Made by a program: the position numbers and the translations under genes
Shown here: piece after piece, positions 33,401 through 35,239 of the stretch
How the letters are laid out: every line of letters starts with the position of its first letter
How positions within the stretch are numbered: the first letter of the stretch is position 1
The notes under the pieces: generated by a model
What the model was told of the DNA's origin: nothing
Databases searched by the model: none
The model's input: only the letters and a program-made list of their open reading frames with translations
DNA from: a candidate division FCPU426 bacterium
GTDB taxonomy: Bacteria; Oederibacteriota; JAAXVQ01; JAUVAV01
Direction: 5' to 3'
Length of the DNA stretch: 64,000 nt
Assembly: GCA_040756875.1 (NCBI GenBank)
Contig: JBFLYH010000002.1
Location: forward strand, 62,426 to 126,425

Positions 33401-35239
33401 GGCCAGCAGCCGGTTCTTGATCTGGTCCGCGGCCTCGGTTTCCATCATGGCGATGGTGTAGGCATCGTTGAGGTTCAAGGTGGCCAGGGGGGTCCCGGGG
33501 ATCCGGCGGTCCCGCCGGCGGATGATCATGGTAAACCCGGTGTTGCGGATGGGCAGGTAGTAGGTGTCCGCCGCGGGATTGGCCAGCGCTCCGCTCCAGT
33601 CGATTTCGATCCGGGCGTTGTTCCGGGCATAGCGGCTCACCACGCCGGCATACGCTTCTTCCACGTCCGTCAGCTCGTGAGCGCCCCGCAGAATCAGGTT
33701 GGCGACCAATCCCTGCTTGAGGGTAAGGTCCAGGAGCTTGAGGAACACGCGCACGCGTTCGGGCTGGGCGTCCTCGGCCAACGGTGTCATTTCACCCTGG
33801 GGGAAGGCCGTGGGCAGGGCCAGGATTTCCTGATTCTGGGCCAGCAGCTTTTCCACCGGCGTGCGGCGTTCGCGCAGCAGCGCGAAATAAGGGTTCACGC
33901 TGTCCCACTTGCTCAGCCGGGGCTTGAGGCTCAGGTAGGAGACGCCGCGTTTGCGCAGCGTCTGCAGCACCAGCTGGGTGTGGAACCCGCCCGTGACCAG
34001 CACGGCCAGGTTGGTCTGCCCTTTCCGCATCCGGTCCAGGGTGTTGTCCACGAAAGCCAGGCTGCGCCGGTCCGCCAGCTGGTAAAACGCCTTGACCTTG
34101 TCCAGGTACGCATCCAGCTGGTATACCTCGGGATCCAGGCCGAAGGTGTCCCAGGTTCCGTAGCGCAGGATGAAATCAGCGAAGTGCTTGACCTTGAACA
34201 CCACCTGGTACTGCCAGTATTCGTTCAACTCCTCAGGCGTGGCGGAAATCGAAAGCAGTTTCTCCATGACGTCCAGGCGGTGCAGCAGGCTGTCGAGTTC
34301 GCGTTCCTCGGGCTGGACATAAAGGCCTTCGCGCAGGTATTGTTCCAGCCGTTCGATCTCTTGCCACAACTGGTCCGGGTCCGTTTCCAAGGGAAAGACC
34401 TGCATTCGTTTGGATAAGTACGCCCGCAACTGCGGAAACGCCTCCAGGCTGAGGCTGGTCCGCTGGGCGGCCTGGTAAAGGTACCCGGCGTATTTCAGAA
34501 GGGATATCTGTCCGGCCTGGAAAGAACTGCGGTAATGGTCGTGGCGGCTGAGCGTCGGATTGTAGATCTTGGCCTTCAGTCCGGCCAGGGTCTGGCGCAG
34601 GTCGTACACATACCCCTGGCTTTCATCGTTGAGGAAGCTCAGCACGGCCCGGCGGCTGGTCTCGTACGCTTCCGGGTCCTCGATGCCTTCCAGGCTGACC
34701 GGCTGCGGCGCGGTGGCCGCGTAAAATTCGGCGCCCGTGATCTTCCCTTCCTGGACGAAATGGCGGCCCACTTGTTTCCGCACCGCCGAATCGGGGAAAG
34801 TGCCGAGTTTGTCCACGTGCACGGGCTGGGAGGCGCCTTCGACCGCCACCAGGCGCAACTGGTGGCGTTGCGCCAAATGCCCGATGATTTCCGCGATATG
34901 GAGCTGGACCTCTGCGTTGCAGTGCAAGTCCTGAATGTGAACCACCAGTTGGTCCTGGCCCTGGAAGGCCTGGGCCACTTGGCCCATGGCCTTGGGGATC
35001 TCCACCAGTTCCTGGTTGAACAGGACGCTGCTGAGTCCGTTGAGGAAAGTTTGCTTTTCAAAAGCCCAGGTCAGATAGGGGAAAACAAAGACCAGCGTGA
35101 CCAGCAGGGAAATGATTTTTGAATAAATGCGGGCAGCGGGATGATGCCACCACGATAACGTGGGCGCACCCATTCCCTGCTGCCATTGCGCGGGTTCGCA
35201 GTTGTTGACACGTTTTTTAAATCCAGGGAGTTTTCGCAT
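2..35239 (-). CDS. Giant multidomain membrane protein, at least 11,746 aa, truncated by the window edge
   Basis: ATG at 35239 (MRKLPGFKKRV...) follows an AT-rich intergenic region. Manual translation in this frame gives coherent protein with no stop down to position 2. The ORF track lists no terminated ORF in this frame, while the long + strand ORFs (143, 3350, 7295, 16193, 21974, 29264, 33047...) all share its antisense register. Confidence 0.93.
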   Translation of the reverse strand, partial: MRKLPGFKKRVNNCEPAQWQQGMGAPTLSWWHHPAARIYSKIISLLVTLVFVFPYLTWAFEKQTFLNGLSSVLFNQELVEIPKAMGQVAQAFQGQDQLVVHIQDLHCNAEVQLHIAEIIGHLAQRHQLRLVAVEGASQPVHVDKLGTFPDSAVRKQVGRHFVQEGKITGAEFYAATAPQPVSLEGIEDPEAYETSRRAVLSFLNDESQGYVYDLRQTLAGLKAKIYNPTLSRHDHYRSSFQAGQISLLKYAGYLYQAAQRTSLSLEAFPQLRAYLSKRMQVFPLETDPDQLWQEIERLEQYLREGLYVQPEERELDSLLHRLDVMEKLLSISATPEELNEYWQYQVVFKVKHFADFILRYGTWDTFGLDPEVYQLDAYLDKVKAFYQLADRRSLAFVDNTLDRMRKGQTNLAVLVTGGFHTQLVLQTLRKRGVSYLSLKPRLSKWDSVNPYFALLRERRTPVEKLLAQNQEILALPTAFPQGEMTPLAEDAQPERVRVFLKLLDLTLKQGLVANLILRGAHELTDVEEAYAGVVSRYARNNARIEIDWSGALANPAADTYYLPIRNTGFTMIIRRRDRRIPGTPLATLNLNDAYTIAMMETEAADQIKNRLLARPKVLISGDLVRTALLASPISALVASSSTALWLGRERLPRPPAAPEAALRLDPWLEEQARTPSFGFLLRKSVVRLLARPLELGLAYESLRALQPLNLAGVVINLLALALPMFALGLAHPLLLVLAAPYLALALPKAVHTFRAWRQLPKARRTWWTPVATFDPRSGKIKDANGRVLVNAGLLVRAHEQYAHRWVLAGLSILGLKVRDYRPGTWQHLAAVVIVSEILAHVLDFAALPAALWSPAQRRRERQLRQVHAWVLAGEELTRGQIQQRLGCAPEIAEDIMDYLSSVESERGRLAGVTDAWNASRERVLKPLQVKETDLSRACVVIPIGGRGAPGLWPASQADLPEVLQTFSRDGETLLAKTIARVVRLGISWDRVVVVAPEAYRAAIISALPAGFPADQNLILEPAPRGTGLAMARALAWLERRFGADATAIFLPTDQVIPEQEEHFQTALRTAVKGAQNGKHWMTVAAPVKTPLTKYGYFLQSEPSKLAPNIFKAEGFVEKPDREVLEEMLARENLAVNAGIFVVDVGVGRAAFASYAPETARLAEATGADGIAPQRLRELYAEEAVRPLSVDEAVLEAIGDQDELRLMTVPAEFPWDEENQWNLLTQPTEKGGMQRVGPAYFRIRTQNTTNTVVYSDSLPVSVENLQGYVVVAANQILLVMPKERAEDLPRLLGLLTADPETAPYARSAVSAREAGTQGQAVVRRFGQSSRSQVVNRQGLTVLVDADHLEIKQDADGIHIKSFAPPVVPGFWQAVRREFKRFTTWEIALYLLAGAYLLTVGLVTMSLWGVFYYTLSITLAGGFVLTLPFVLRTLMLRMDLPQPLEWVMRLRNHPRWGAWVRDLSRPQSMLFITFTTMVLSLLAPLAVLGHLSLGTVALGAFAVILILTPLFALHLIYQRFLSRAVQARELILAGEPLTPANLARRLNWTERTAQRVLEFLASAEAEQSPETAGVEVKKLSSGERVYHRQAVQEPDVSRAYVVIMAGGGGTRLWPVSTGINPKQFRSFSRDGKTMLEKTMDRVVRMGIPKDRILIAARGNFVQQVMDSVPADFPRANIIAQPSNKDTAPATALSLVVGKKRFGDDFTAVFLTSDHVILQEERLQAAILSAIKAAQNRKDWAMIGIQPTFPSTGYGYIQMGSKTKLGTLIREIQGFREKPKRDVAEQFVKSGEFLWSSGMFAVHNRTGIESFQKYTPELWERMERIATAVDTPAEAEVLKREYDQIPKAGAVAVAFVINEQIKPEHEFGSTAVVGDFPWYDEGAWDAMTEKADADGNQRIGPGTDRIVLEGAKRTVVFSDGEPVTVRNLEDYVVVLQDKVVLVMPKNRSDDLKKMVTAVKAEALTEPYVEGTAGKAGLPAERIPADRLQERQDENHNRLSGLVNVLETNYSEVRGTQGLVAVFGAVGLRVAYTEQGLVVEGTDETLQPLNLPGALAALGVNAALVIFAAAHPWALALSLPFFLMAVAKLALVVRIRGRLPKEKRSFFTPVATYNPATGRVQSLQSAGLKETNPIIRAHEQLAHRWAQNLLYLVGVDLNRHPAGSRAYRLWNVWAGEILAHLLDTLAMAGIVLERPLAVLSRVFKPVLANPGVRMVLLLALGVWIALAGAPKIVVSVRDGLGVGTALRYRAEQQNLNQNEMQMILRWMTPNGQGATSSEIIRELMQKTLAENVPLNVELAQSLRMNAFQQRMFDKYKIMVAGAAAQDADIQTKLELMFELLPDRLARYFKFVRVLSSAEGQGNMLDFRGVPKERAGLLLIGEEQLRDFPAFLNTMVDRLGGATAGDNQQLQWMANELLSEFENYDADAGAVYATLYKQRIQTVLQNQRPATNCFLADEDFMGTGHKHWLLHIRGNWISFIGGYSQDGLRQIYETYLGLPSNHLDGLQVIGALPDSAGENIAGWQYGQTIDLGQGQAGSRGSFLNPEADPQKYFENVSVLSETPTHELAHFIHRLLSARLTEEWLQLHKRFSERRYFFSRYAFDAKVNALRVGDPLKESFAETYTAFVHVISRGNVLWDGLNEGLQQKLKFMAALFVVRDKTGDYIFVNGRKTPVSLAADGTLSDAAFKAWVQARNQERISGQGLDLGSVDWDYLERVSGETDWRPDRRAALIAVKHYAVLADAAKTHPEAFAWLTGTTPAETGRMVDWLRAAHGFYQGFTKALEAKHESLLGLQLGFSLEVARQDPQAALVMLQNQFFRLLSNPRNPPIHLLAVVQGESGPEWQVQLATYRAMGEPERFQGADAFAKAQAWVQAHSLAAQKAETTADIMQRRQEVKPFSSSEVTAQEQRLAALLKTPGAVEQTAALLDRWLLTQQREGSYGGLQTGASDRLKKMFATHGRKSFSEMAAVLQQLTYWGGFDYIGAMKQYFGDERFYQEMLLPANRAAVFKASKNNHVYMSSYAGRLQNLVLDAVGQEVVRHHVYQYLQTQGEYQTLAELGFKLLYSAVNSGKSSLYAEQSLVELLKTLNPEMGRQIIGDYLSFHFLNETEYAKVRKLVSQTGLPALQAALDAEVAKQAPREIVVSTAPRYLTALGAFITSFISFLGTGLSAVALGLGFGGLTGLLSLGLGFGTAALVFGLVGSVLTPLVGVPFAVMGVMIARTRGLAGEAALTEAQRQRLIPEWLAADVVDARGLSKEMRPGEIAAYADRSISPKEIAGKLVADLARISYLPALLQRLILIHEQAHRTQDLAREKQGRAPSGRLAGELYAYGTQIRALLRLAGEAVLQALASLRLPGSGLRTAVSRTAGLGRQGEGVLAGVLTGVAGEAVLDRALRNAAAAAGWLLQPGQALLALAQAAPEKIADVVRALWTRQALASRSLEDAESRRAAPVREQLAAYLAHAERLFSVRTAPVQNRRLNARTLSINLLERNQAPAGVDTDADLARVGAFHLLGGVYLTQEAFNRLTTREAAAVILHEALETLGLSHEAAVEAVLEVTGFTNEALIAAAGLEVPDRVAELQAKDYYRRLEQGSDAPAEEIKSAFRQQARALHPDLHPDDPEAGRLFQLVNEAYEVLSDPAKRAFYDQWLAYRRGGGDLAFENYAQRDFAAWAADRGAQTGFDWGAWAAAGVQQASAAPSAPEAAAVWGTVREAPASQVWAAFIGQNADAGRVRIRTAEEWRDIERELLRREHATAAEKQRAARDFRAAWADVPEKTWQEFISPRSPYSLHTNLFFHRQQQQARVMALFDQGAETLGADEVAEALGLERFRAEALLAAMTRAELLGVVEAIGGLRYAPRDRSGVQPDANSVRNRNLELIHSPGFRSLVLEGTHFGQGQVAVNGLADARGRIISLGPVQNVAPILGEQEWAGRLFSFVIYVKSGGPSAMPAYSLWTAANLPAESKQRLAQTLAAANARREQDQARLPLSVLTPAMRRLVAAYALAAAGESDAAVQMLRDLQTPEVTPAMAAAFLRVRDASLIAEDEQFMRIADQFREALAEDPAYDQYFGEAPKDAAWTWLAGGLGSPLDVLEHLARQARRALPLSSAFLGEPAEVILERALRNAAATLDMMIRPGRALLVLTRLPQRKVAQLLGALFATQALHALPLQQADRARGPRITEEWLGFVQTAQRKYQSRPQGRRLAKAVADPGALHLMVRQARTRPAATDDDLERLGAFHLDGKCFLAARTLARVQDREAAAILFHEWLEDQGFTHAEARDLVLSVTGYQHDWLVAHAGLSLAPVTLTVSSPLLYFFLQSTGLAVGLSVALVAGLGLLFWAGALSLSAAIPLAVLLVAGLWIARRLMPLTQQTSARRIVAPQPAKYKHPAVDQLMHEVMPQLSDVLRHTEEPPARIPDGLKQKVFELSRQMHRVAPGLFNVLFEYLENPQPEQEARMMEARASLNRLLAQFGYYLLEMRLKPDVAGEEAAPMLFPFSITQRVDRGQLAGRALEFWRLKSLIDTALLPPFTGLLLEDFKHPAMLEDAIRKDARVVYAALSQKRQYVYSRLDPAAPTQGVYRLKTPNQEVIGLANRLFAWEFEGLSEEEIYELLARVTEEHEVQHAVDLSLELLSGWGTLGFAAWKEFSAYGAEFIVHGLSYSLTSIFDLAISGDLGAVKLLLGLDEVERTGELTDFETRTYTPAELEDAYLRLGEKLLREGEPALRDLRAGMKRVFETVYETDYVRAGAKRWLPADDPARRLLPLNLPGALMSFLLAVGLVAAAWMLPGLLAIAIPYLTMASAKLLFTFSQWRQLPAAGRSWATPVATYNPNTGTIMRSVNGVPESHWIVWAHEVYAHRWAQKLLSWFGLDLRRTRPGTFAHLLVNRILAEGLAHILDWVAGPLTVFWESIPTLPSDTYLHWIRQLGDADPGTRFQAFHGLLNQQNPALIRPLLWNRNPLIRGNAVLLWTYLASRRQTKKAFETATVELLQLLDRETSWLNAHLLLNGLQLLGAAAPDRVAQLAAFQPNGSAPVRTLLDQLVEQAGKDGRLAGIAAISEETGLLAANQLMTGEALEGLRVWYHPRELSQAQAEEYERQLRAGLLEQGIVVPEQLRLFQPVSGQQLAGLLTSDTLLYTPGRGWLPSRAAAAGLPVAARAARSALLAGWEDGSLSPGEKNLLQRIQAVLAAQRQYDLVVLRLNQVEEMLLANLESKGLVNLRRDPNRAVTSVSPLWIAAPVELAVNDDLSRSAVLTDEGVDLAVELGPETTAEAPAMQRLQAVHLGDSLEFRFEQSSDRPVRVVLSFVQQNRTVEETVVELPSQRAGRFTLPISRLRGLTIDQLNAALEDPGRGVAVALSAFSVQTRQQPYRRQFADTSAWFDRRLETRLPRERISLGGLLGRMAWWLALSVAAGFLTANPLVFGALYSFFLVEFSKVVFAFEEWRKLDATSRLLNAPLGTYVPATRQFYDNHGRVVRDGNWVMFAFDGLARRWAVRGLKALGLPLDRFTPGTVRYRLVNGWLTRLLAQALLAPALVIALGRLFSARQDRARFTLFDTPHWLGELETVMVRENNRGRPLVPFTIRLQEIFDTDNYIPYVELKRRIIEALRTDLADVPDDALVYLSMQFPEIPEQARDRHKFKHRILIAPKFSLAQAIETVGAYEVDQGVGGALFIWEFTRYESAAGTRVQIEHQGLGRSLQGRGLLYSAYAAFVDMLGQLYPGEPAGILAAHPGAVRLFASFFDQARPASPADEQKTPRWGDPAYWLGLIPRAARAPNLLLHAIGSQEAQARIIPGRLGDSLRLAVMNHRAETAHLTLVYYRKGQKVGESAFDLGAGFVGRISVDTSAWQGVNVDQIGVSMPTAGDCHLYGFMTAEGGQTRGLRVTRRSRAEGAAPAAAETHPALSWSRWLLAAGAFTLAVALPLAAYVLGFFSLAVAGSAALGAVMVLALLLFYRWQSRPAPAEPAGVVRELALDFSADVPGADRKRIQRAVEGKRLLERSIRLALPSGARVQRIGPDVKITPTGGGAFKRAYRVETQVTFANGEQRQVDVAFKVPRRLVGWVALLQPRIRQLWLQGHPNMPSFHFVDQGIMAEEFIHGRSLDQVQEASPAVNGSVPRLAVRSYLTVLKYLRDRTGINWVLFDPKPENMILPDEPGAEPKLVDRDGLLPMPFRRQPFSQVMYYSAFYGPKRLAVTSRMRGLFAPLIALFPVFFAFRVRPDNAIFDGVMDALGPVEGRAYLEEAWGSVSARLTRASDFTQALGRYLETGLPEYLRATGFAGTDMEIQPGRIPVLPRRPDVAAPAAQIGELLDSSSVLKLIRGISAIEARADEIAEADLAQYTERLLMLMEPYRGRVAMAAYHTLTAVLPRLSPAQQKAVRKKLAKHDRFALLSVSTFEGRLTRLHDFLFTHPGIRALLLRRGGAVVNDIGLGGPVPVTTAELATRLRRMNPQTRLVGSDVLIPAYQVQAANGLFAYFGQDGNLLGLYDDKGNPTRSTAWARRFRSAFAQFRVQPAKPQTGFTFQPDPYRAYAEKYGFEIQQSSFGETAPAEVKLCFNTLYFYAGRESEIIERMGQDLNEGGYLVTGHSLSAWRGPGKAYDLQLAVYRKENGRIVPQSVHIIAGNRRFDLPAQGLTIQETEELTWQGYEITLGLRAAQEGREVAQVALPELHAVEAESVAAPAPAGLAEREMARIQEILAPLRGLYPHVPVLQKGFEALARLDLQTPQAREFLVNELARMDRTSSGYSLGRIVHEGERFTLGYAVKMLMAHFSGPERMYPEYEGMTPERFDAMLQRVLAETGRTLSPAEQEEVTRFKKVLAAIPGALREITSDVRYPNLCGPCAQEISNLLKQEGFTARKLSFPLRFESESVVETQVAGLTFYLDGTAGRVLRFDDQPIAPVVVPASDLQTRPESVPAYLFQPAEALKGYLHLDEPEPRLLNVVSAVKQALQEKIAAQQLARPPTVQRPGTPTLELSFWERHLPWVPKGLRPFGEELIFRVAPMLLFHLGYLSPLAAGIGLAVFGGAFLVAHRDKGWTTRQWLAAAGVTFVLSAAYFGASVGLSQANLPLTGGLAGFLASSLIHSLNNWVARTFPNLNWPVLALEGKGMEGAEAGVLEPKTGTPDSKKTVWGKLGASFTALLAETLLVTTAPDVARPQLEARLPERSPPARDSLASLRQPEGLTAVVAGDSAQAARPEEIPALLASSEAGDIVRGVVGIEWRRGELGRGEREAYAYTLINLLLHTNLRVVMSAWHALNVLAPGLEDPALQQLAQDKLEAFREAATVRLITEPGRLSAVWGFLARFPGIRALLERPAGAVINDIGIGGPEPVTTAELSALAKSINPANQVIGADLFLPAFMLRNKATGWFAYFDQRGNFIQAYTPRGIPADGLAGEYSDVYQRFASSLELQQTYEMVFRPVQYFASQNGFSVQVASFGEGIKADIKTCFNVMYMNPGKEAEIVRTMGKDLAEGGYLLTGKTQNEQGLAFACFVLYQKQAGEVRPLSFYLLDAEAQFEFSLAETGWTVAQAERLTAEMPGAFTHLLYTESFHGLQTRVQETPLKPRAPGESASVELELSFWERHLPWVPKGLRPFGEELIFRVAPMLLFHLGVLSPLAAGIGLAVFGGAFLVAHRDQGWTTRQWLAAGGMTLLLGAVYFAVSFGLSQANLPLTGGLAAFLASSLIHSLNNWVARTFPNLKWPVLALPALGGTIRRLVSAEVDFKSFTAAKRAAAVALVAERLADPRFAVVARARQSALALLNINDLRALLTPEQQAALEHALARQAYQGFINLSTQPNRLQALNQFLATDAMLGGLLRKPGRRVVENIGLGGQEPSTVAELAETVHSLNPQALVVGSDILVPEWSITDAANERFAYYDENGGLMGVFRISTGGAVTEQDDLAFFASLKPGRQLPEGYTANHRPLQTYAAEHGFKIARAAFGRGISADMKLVFNMLYMYPRQKADLIADMGQDLREGGVLLVGEEETYESRDGMVSRIFFTVYEKRRGRLQPQRTVMLGPEGPYEMPAGHLDIAAAEKQTENLIMAHMMHDSGRWPWLQKWYSRVEARASRVLGQRLGRVMGRALFPAAVESGLFVGVLSLAGAFLLSLAFGLPFALGPPFWAAFGILQAAWHLGHMPWQARARTPVRAFIQQHWRPLFSLPLLRITGLTGLALATLQVLVNPTGYLFAGLALAVMVGVHALANLVAGPKAGLAFLVQPQDQAGGRTFAAAFWESVRLIFGIAVVPVAEIQTRPGETPRFLRDQEATQAPLRQVEAQAQAAQPAMEFNAAAAEVKRISDRWDWLSYEERAAAVATLRQLLFHPSFGIIARARTAATQMLIKPALRRLLTPQQIRELEQSLADQPFQGFININTRPNRLDLLWRFLGRERSLRRMLSRRNNVVVENIGLGGPVPVTVANLSAAVHALNPEAMVKGSDVLVPAWSVTDAQTGEFAYYDQAGRFLAGFQSGGTTVYDESRLQEMSEWFQRHQAGTLSANLRVVEQPFAAFAAANGFEVVQASFGQNVPADLKICFNVLYMYKDQREQRILQMGQDVREGGYLLTGDEEDQRMFLTMYQKTQGRLVPRDSFMLAPGGEVTRVPAGALSINEAEEQTQRMLLTYYLNKKATRGRWPWLAGWYDRVEAGASRVLGKHLGWVAGQALVPAAVESGLFVGALSLAGAFLLSLAFGLPFALGPPFWATFGVLQVAWHLGHMPWQARGGIAVRAFVQQHWRPLFSLPLLRITSLTGLALATLQLLLNPTGYLFAGLALAVIVGTHAVVNLVGGPKAGFAFVVQPQARETEAYAFLNSTFGGQVLQLAGQLEKTGPLAAAVAAGQLFTEAEVFDGLLNRLGLGRQAANRRLAVEQRQWEHELADAIDGLFADPQYAELLRGYEAREVKGWLQVREADPKLVDRLSGPGRELFELINRGTMFPVFEGQEIQYLFISGERLRFFRERLGNAFPDGLRYLLLHELLSLREGHEAAVARLRAFDWPREVHYEHLARLATTAPHAKTVVELTVESRLTLRMEQAARQALENPRHPWRQRLDEAIRQAGSVRKVLQTMCMSMSVGGIGPLLRDRLEDLAVDPGIRRVVSVAPLYQKVWMQQVKTLGEAGVTYPEFSLQQVTTGDVLRSALRPAPDPEHPGQQLVLEVPLYDQRLRKVRVWEDYDQDTDSVTYYLDDFDPAETEPNVFDVAYAGSADKHGAERFQKDPEWERKKRIEMEQSYLIGRGYLALLAKLGINPDTVIVSEMSAGTFALPALVQDEFQETLGRAKFVFNDHTPLEYAHMKESKGFLERYRLNPDLLRLALEGDTIHITGMIAALAHGLYGVAKLHAQTMRTMPTYRRVRDKVVSITNGVNLKFWQWPGFRGWARQSDEQLVAEKAKARSAMQDLLVENCGLDAGWKERVAGMRFFHWTRRVVDYKQLKKLYQLLADDSLREQFLKEDMVMVFGGRVHEDDQGSQKLVQAFLNLINAHPALRDRVLFFPNFNTMDMRTLAAGMDGTVMGSNEGREASATGFMKDLANGTVVIASPDGAIPEFCVYRGQEADYPGQFPAGTRFSQDQFNSFLLPYDTTDPDDGNRRSFTPQALMRAFQQANAELRRPGGQARLLRASLGQSEAISTQRVAREMVEYLHYLDRQDQERELHLAEGRGQAQALALQLGPAQLERLSVQGRFEPFAWSFYNVDRREEVGRSPAANLNGLVDGFERLLEEKSPLVDQVMLFNAQGDDNYNQRHRGGYLLGYLASLLADPTGGTANRQVLGYLNGLAEQTETARIKGDRAEMIRLQYLAMGFAAGLLGSQQEYRRATPLTRPLLERATLGYYGIPPLRVLGAVLATLAFGASLAWFFGPGTRAFFGIWLALTLLTLLASYGPRFLYYYARLARPATPALTNSSVYRRLQDVLEEVERNGRLPEGYRRPIFRVLPEQSLSSRFTQGLRLGSSETVAQQPIIYVHKHFDALDRSFQLAILRYLIYEAAGQGYWRATAQAVFSFLESAGYLQYPSIQRLLRGRAFNLLASPLPLAVVLGAAALWLFGGPVVTMGRLIGTAILASGLALIGHTTRFFLQQYRSRLRPELPAVPPVKRHYLAQRIEAALISPTERQLQQSLELLNRPKKIQIVFNDHQPMGSDQSESAWARFHGLRTYYPTFAAMYDPALRGAKLTVNLSASLVDQLRNQVRAAETWLWEPLADVNERRAAEGWTEEQAQTARATIIGQFLDESGKEGATAVDPLYRLTVKPFSDWTADDLFLALKMDRAVERNLVQEVPAYRRLRETLLLDYLQFLAEGYKTGMPEGMAALLAVENPAERVERFIQAGYFDAPGILREYVKQRLAGEEQGLAFKAQVKGLLLGQAAAWIDPSLRPAGTVLLGLNRAGEPVTHTVNFSYWYTSQTDLPALARDEAVCLAFARDQTRVLSMIAPAARLVAVNTVVEAADRDQISFGLAVRREDARREALGLLPLSATGQVELAAAAPHLIYPVVTDQNSALQAAGGSDQYAVDFKHPEMAEFALDYMTALMEDFFDMPFYSLWPGEDGLDEDTLRRLHAHGIRNVFVTETFLQQLLKMHQGQIAPLDDQAGFYYQWEAEGIQHKITLYPQSAKDVARDELGDARGKSAGLSAALILAYDHLLRPRPGWGPRQHAPEYENKARQLGLPSQFEISFMIDGERSAPFFRQVGQEGGWLYFWKQVFTLLNRTNPSPDYRGEDFQDMEMSLPAQQHLRTRLLEQQGRQVRAAVNRTGASSRLGSFSRWAGNTPEQRKAWALTDAVIKAFGAAGVDTRYRDQPVIYPQDYTQLAWYYLLQAVNSDFWWWLDSANRYHPDIDYTHRRLLALAVENARMAGYNVQLPETLQVGDETLALRSRQKGRLAEVLPAILGPEHATDAEEPKDVVLLSRTQLLNRDRRGLTPQILPRPPSEPARIRSDQPVTEEEIRVNELLGRLKQLDAELAQAAKLSVARWQDLGAGISPQLSAVYANLNQVQEDSGLWAYIRTRAWEEQRIEHWDTLRQKQYLEDNSARLAADYLRLMSLDQNGLELQHQALLEASGQAVLPQELLDKLDERFALQQLLQQVAQDLNSEQAAVRAPAPAAGGRWPWLQGWYDRMEQRAAQRGQPRWGRFLGQALLPALVESGWFVGALTLASHLLLVWAFGLPLAMGPPFWALFGLFQLAWHLLHAVGAKDAAGRPLAWRAALGLAFSAPLVRITGLTGVLLAALQLGLNPSGLLFAGLFVPLVSAAHLLVNLEGNRALDWREWGRRVRRGALKLAFRLLHAGQPITIYADFNETITLPRSEQGFSLRDIAAVSIRNPEERETFTTAYNQARQRFDAEVSAPAYRNYLAVLKDRLTLGHLRRQAASWQLNGRFLELTDRLRVATGAKDIQVAVRSRSSEQSLQMFFNRGEINRTLETRGVVVSEVRGNRLVFNTRGVFTGEVIEDDLQPLIADNKNQLVPEDGLFLGDAKDQPHGYRYFVDPNADSNPEAVIEAWMASEVRNRLARPFQGIRLALAAWIRTWRPLAARAGEDSTSYQQLVSASRLVSLPRRMEIIADVEKILVKHQASLDDIRAPQEMEANWSGRLQNRVRRMVVEMRELVRKVDSEDLKAMPAGLRPAFWDWVLLTLLYRHDQGFTFSHSWEVGNLAAEMAAVYGLVNRAPAYGPAAVELFRRGGWLHDAGKLLLPPALLLRLDPLSPEEKSLLRSHARLGEMLLSAFGYKPEILQSTNHHEWLNGRGYPRGLRRTALSGVSRAISVADFVNAAQMRRASRPQLTALE
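900..1485 (-). other. Giant protein: HAD-superfamily-like domain
   Basis: IYADFNETIT (motif I variant), VRSRS, VFTG, FLGDAKD. Confidence 0.55.
2830..4950 (-). other. Giant protein: glycoside hydrolase family 57-like domain
   Basis: FNDHQP (DHQP 4919-4930), TVNLSASLVDQL, VEL....HLIYP, LWPGE (3701-3712), IDGE (3302-3310), SDFWWW. Confidence 0.8.
6400..8130 (-). other. Giant protein: alpha-glucan phosphorylase (GT35)-like domain
   Basis: SVGGIG, FNDHTP, VAKLHA, ITNGV, RRVVDYKQ, FGGRVH.DD, EASATGFMK (6734-6760; canonical EASGTSGMK), ANG...DG. Confidence 0.85.
9540..16110 (-). repeat. Four copies of a class I SAM methyltransferase (CheR-like) domain, at about 15440-16110, 12770-13430, 11250-11930 and 9540-10200
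   Basis: Each copy has T..(G/N)RL, (D/N)IG(L/I)GG..P.T.A.L, G(S/A)D, FAY(F/Y), FG, FN..Y and MG.D..EGG.L..G. Confidence 0.75.
12170..14362 (-). repeat. Near-identical ~390-bp direct repeat (12170-12562 and 13970-14362) encoding a CPBP/Abi-like membrane module
   Basis: Offset exactly 1800 nt; both encode FWERHLPWVPKGLRPFGEELIFRVAP...FLVAH...LIHSLNNW. Confidence 0.88.
16550..17230 (-). other. Giant protein: protein kinase-like domain
   Basis: GGGAFKRAYRV, VAFK, AEEFIHGRSL, FDPKPENMIL, KLVDRD. Confidence 0.75.
24315..24512 (-). other. Giant protein: DnaJ J-domain
   Basis: KDYYRRL...EEIKSAFRQQARALHPD...FQLVNEAYEVLSDPAKRAFYD; HPD at 24416-24424. Confidence 0.92.
27300..27760 (-). other. Giant protein: zincin metallopeptidase-like domain
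   Basis: THELAHFIH (HELAH 27548-27562) followed by SRYA and ESFAE. Confidence 0.65.
29340..30450 (-). other. Giant protein: mannose-1-phosphate guanylyltransferase (ManC-like) domain 2
   Basis: VVIMAGGGGTRLWPVS..PKQF, QPSNKDTAPA, SDHVI, STGYGYI, FREKP, WSSGMF, WYDEGAW. Confidence 0.9.
31330..32430 (-). other. Giant protein: mannose-1-phosphate guanylyltransferase-like domain 1 (degenerate)
   Basis: VVIPIGGRGAPGLWP, LILEPAPRGT, LPTDQVI, KYGYF, FVEKP, VNAGIF. Confidence 0.8.
33900..35130 (-). other. Giant protein: N-terminal hydrophobic/signal segment plus putative metal-binding domain (TraB/TIKI/EreA-like motif pattern)
   Basis: IISLLVTLVFVFPYLTWA, then VVHIQDLHCNAEVQLHI (IQDLH 34922-34936), VAVEGA, GIED, R..AFV.N and VLVTGGFH (33980-33991). 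Confidence 0.7.

Noticed and set aside
143-35122. Long + strand ORFs (1006, 947, 1172, 651 aa and others)
   Set aside because: All share the antisense register of the giant gene and have no recognisable motifs; typical high-GC shadow ORFs.
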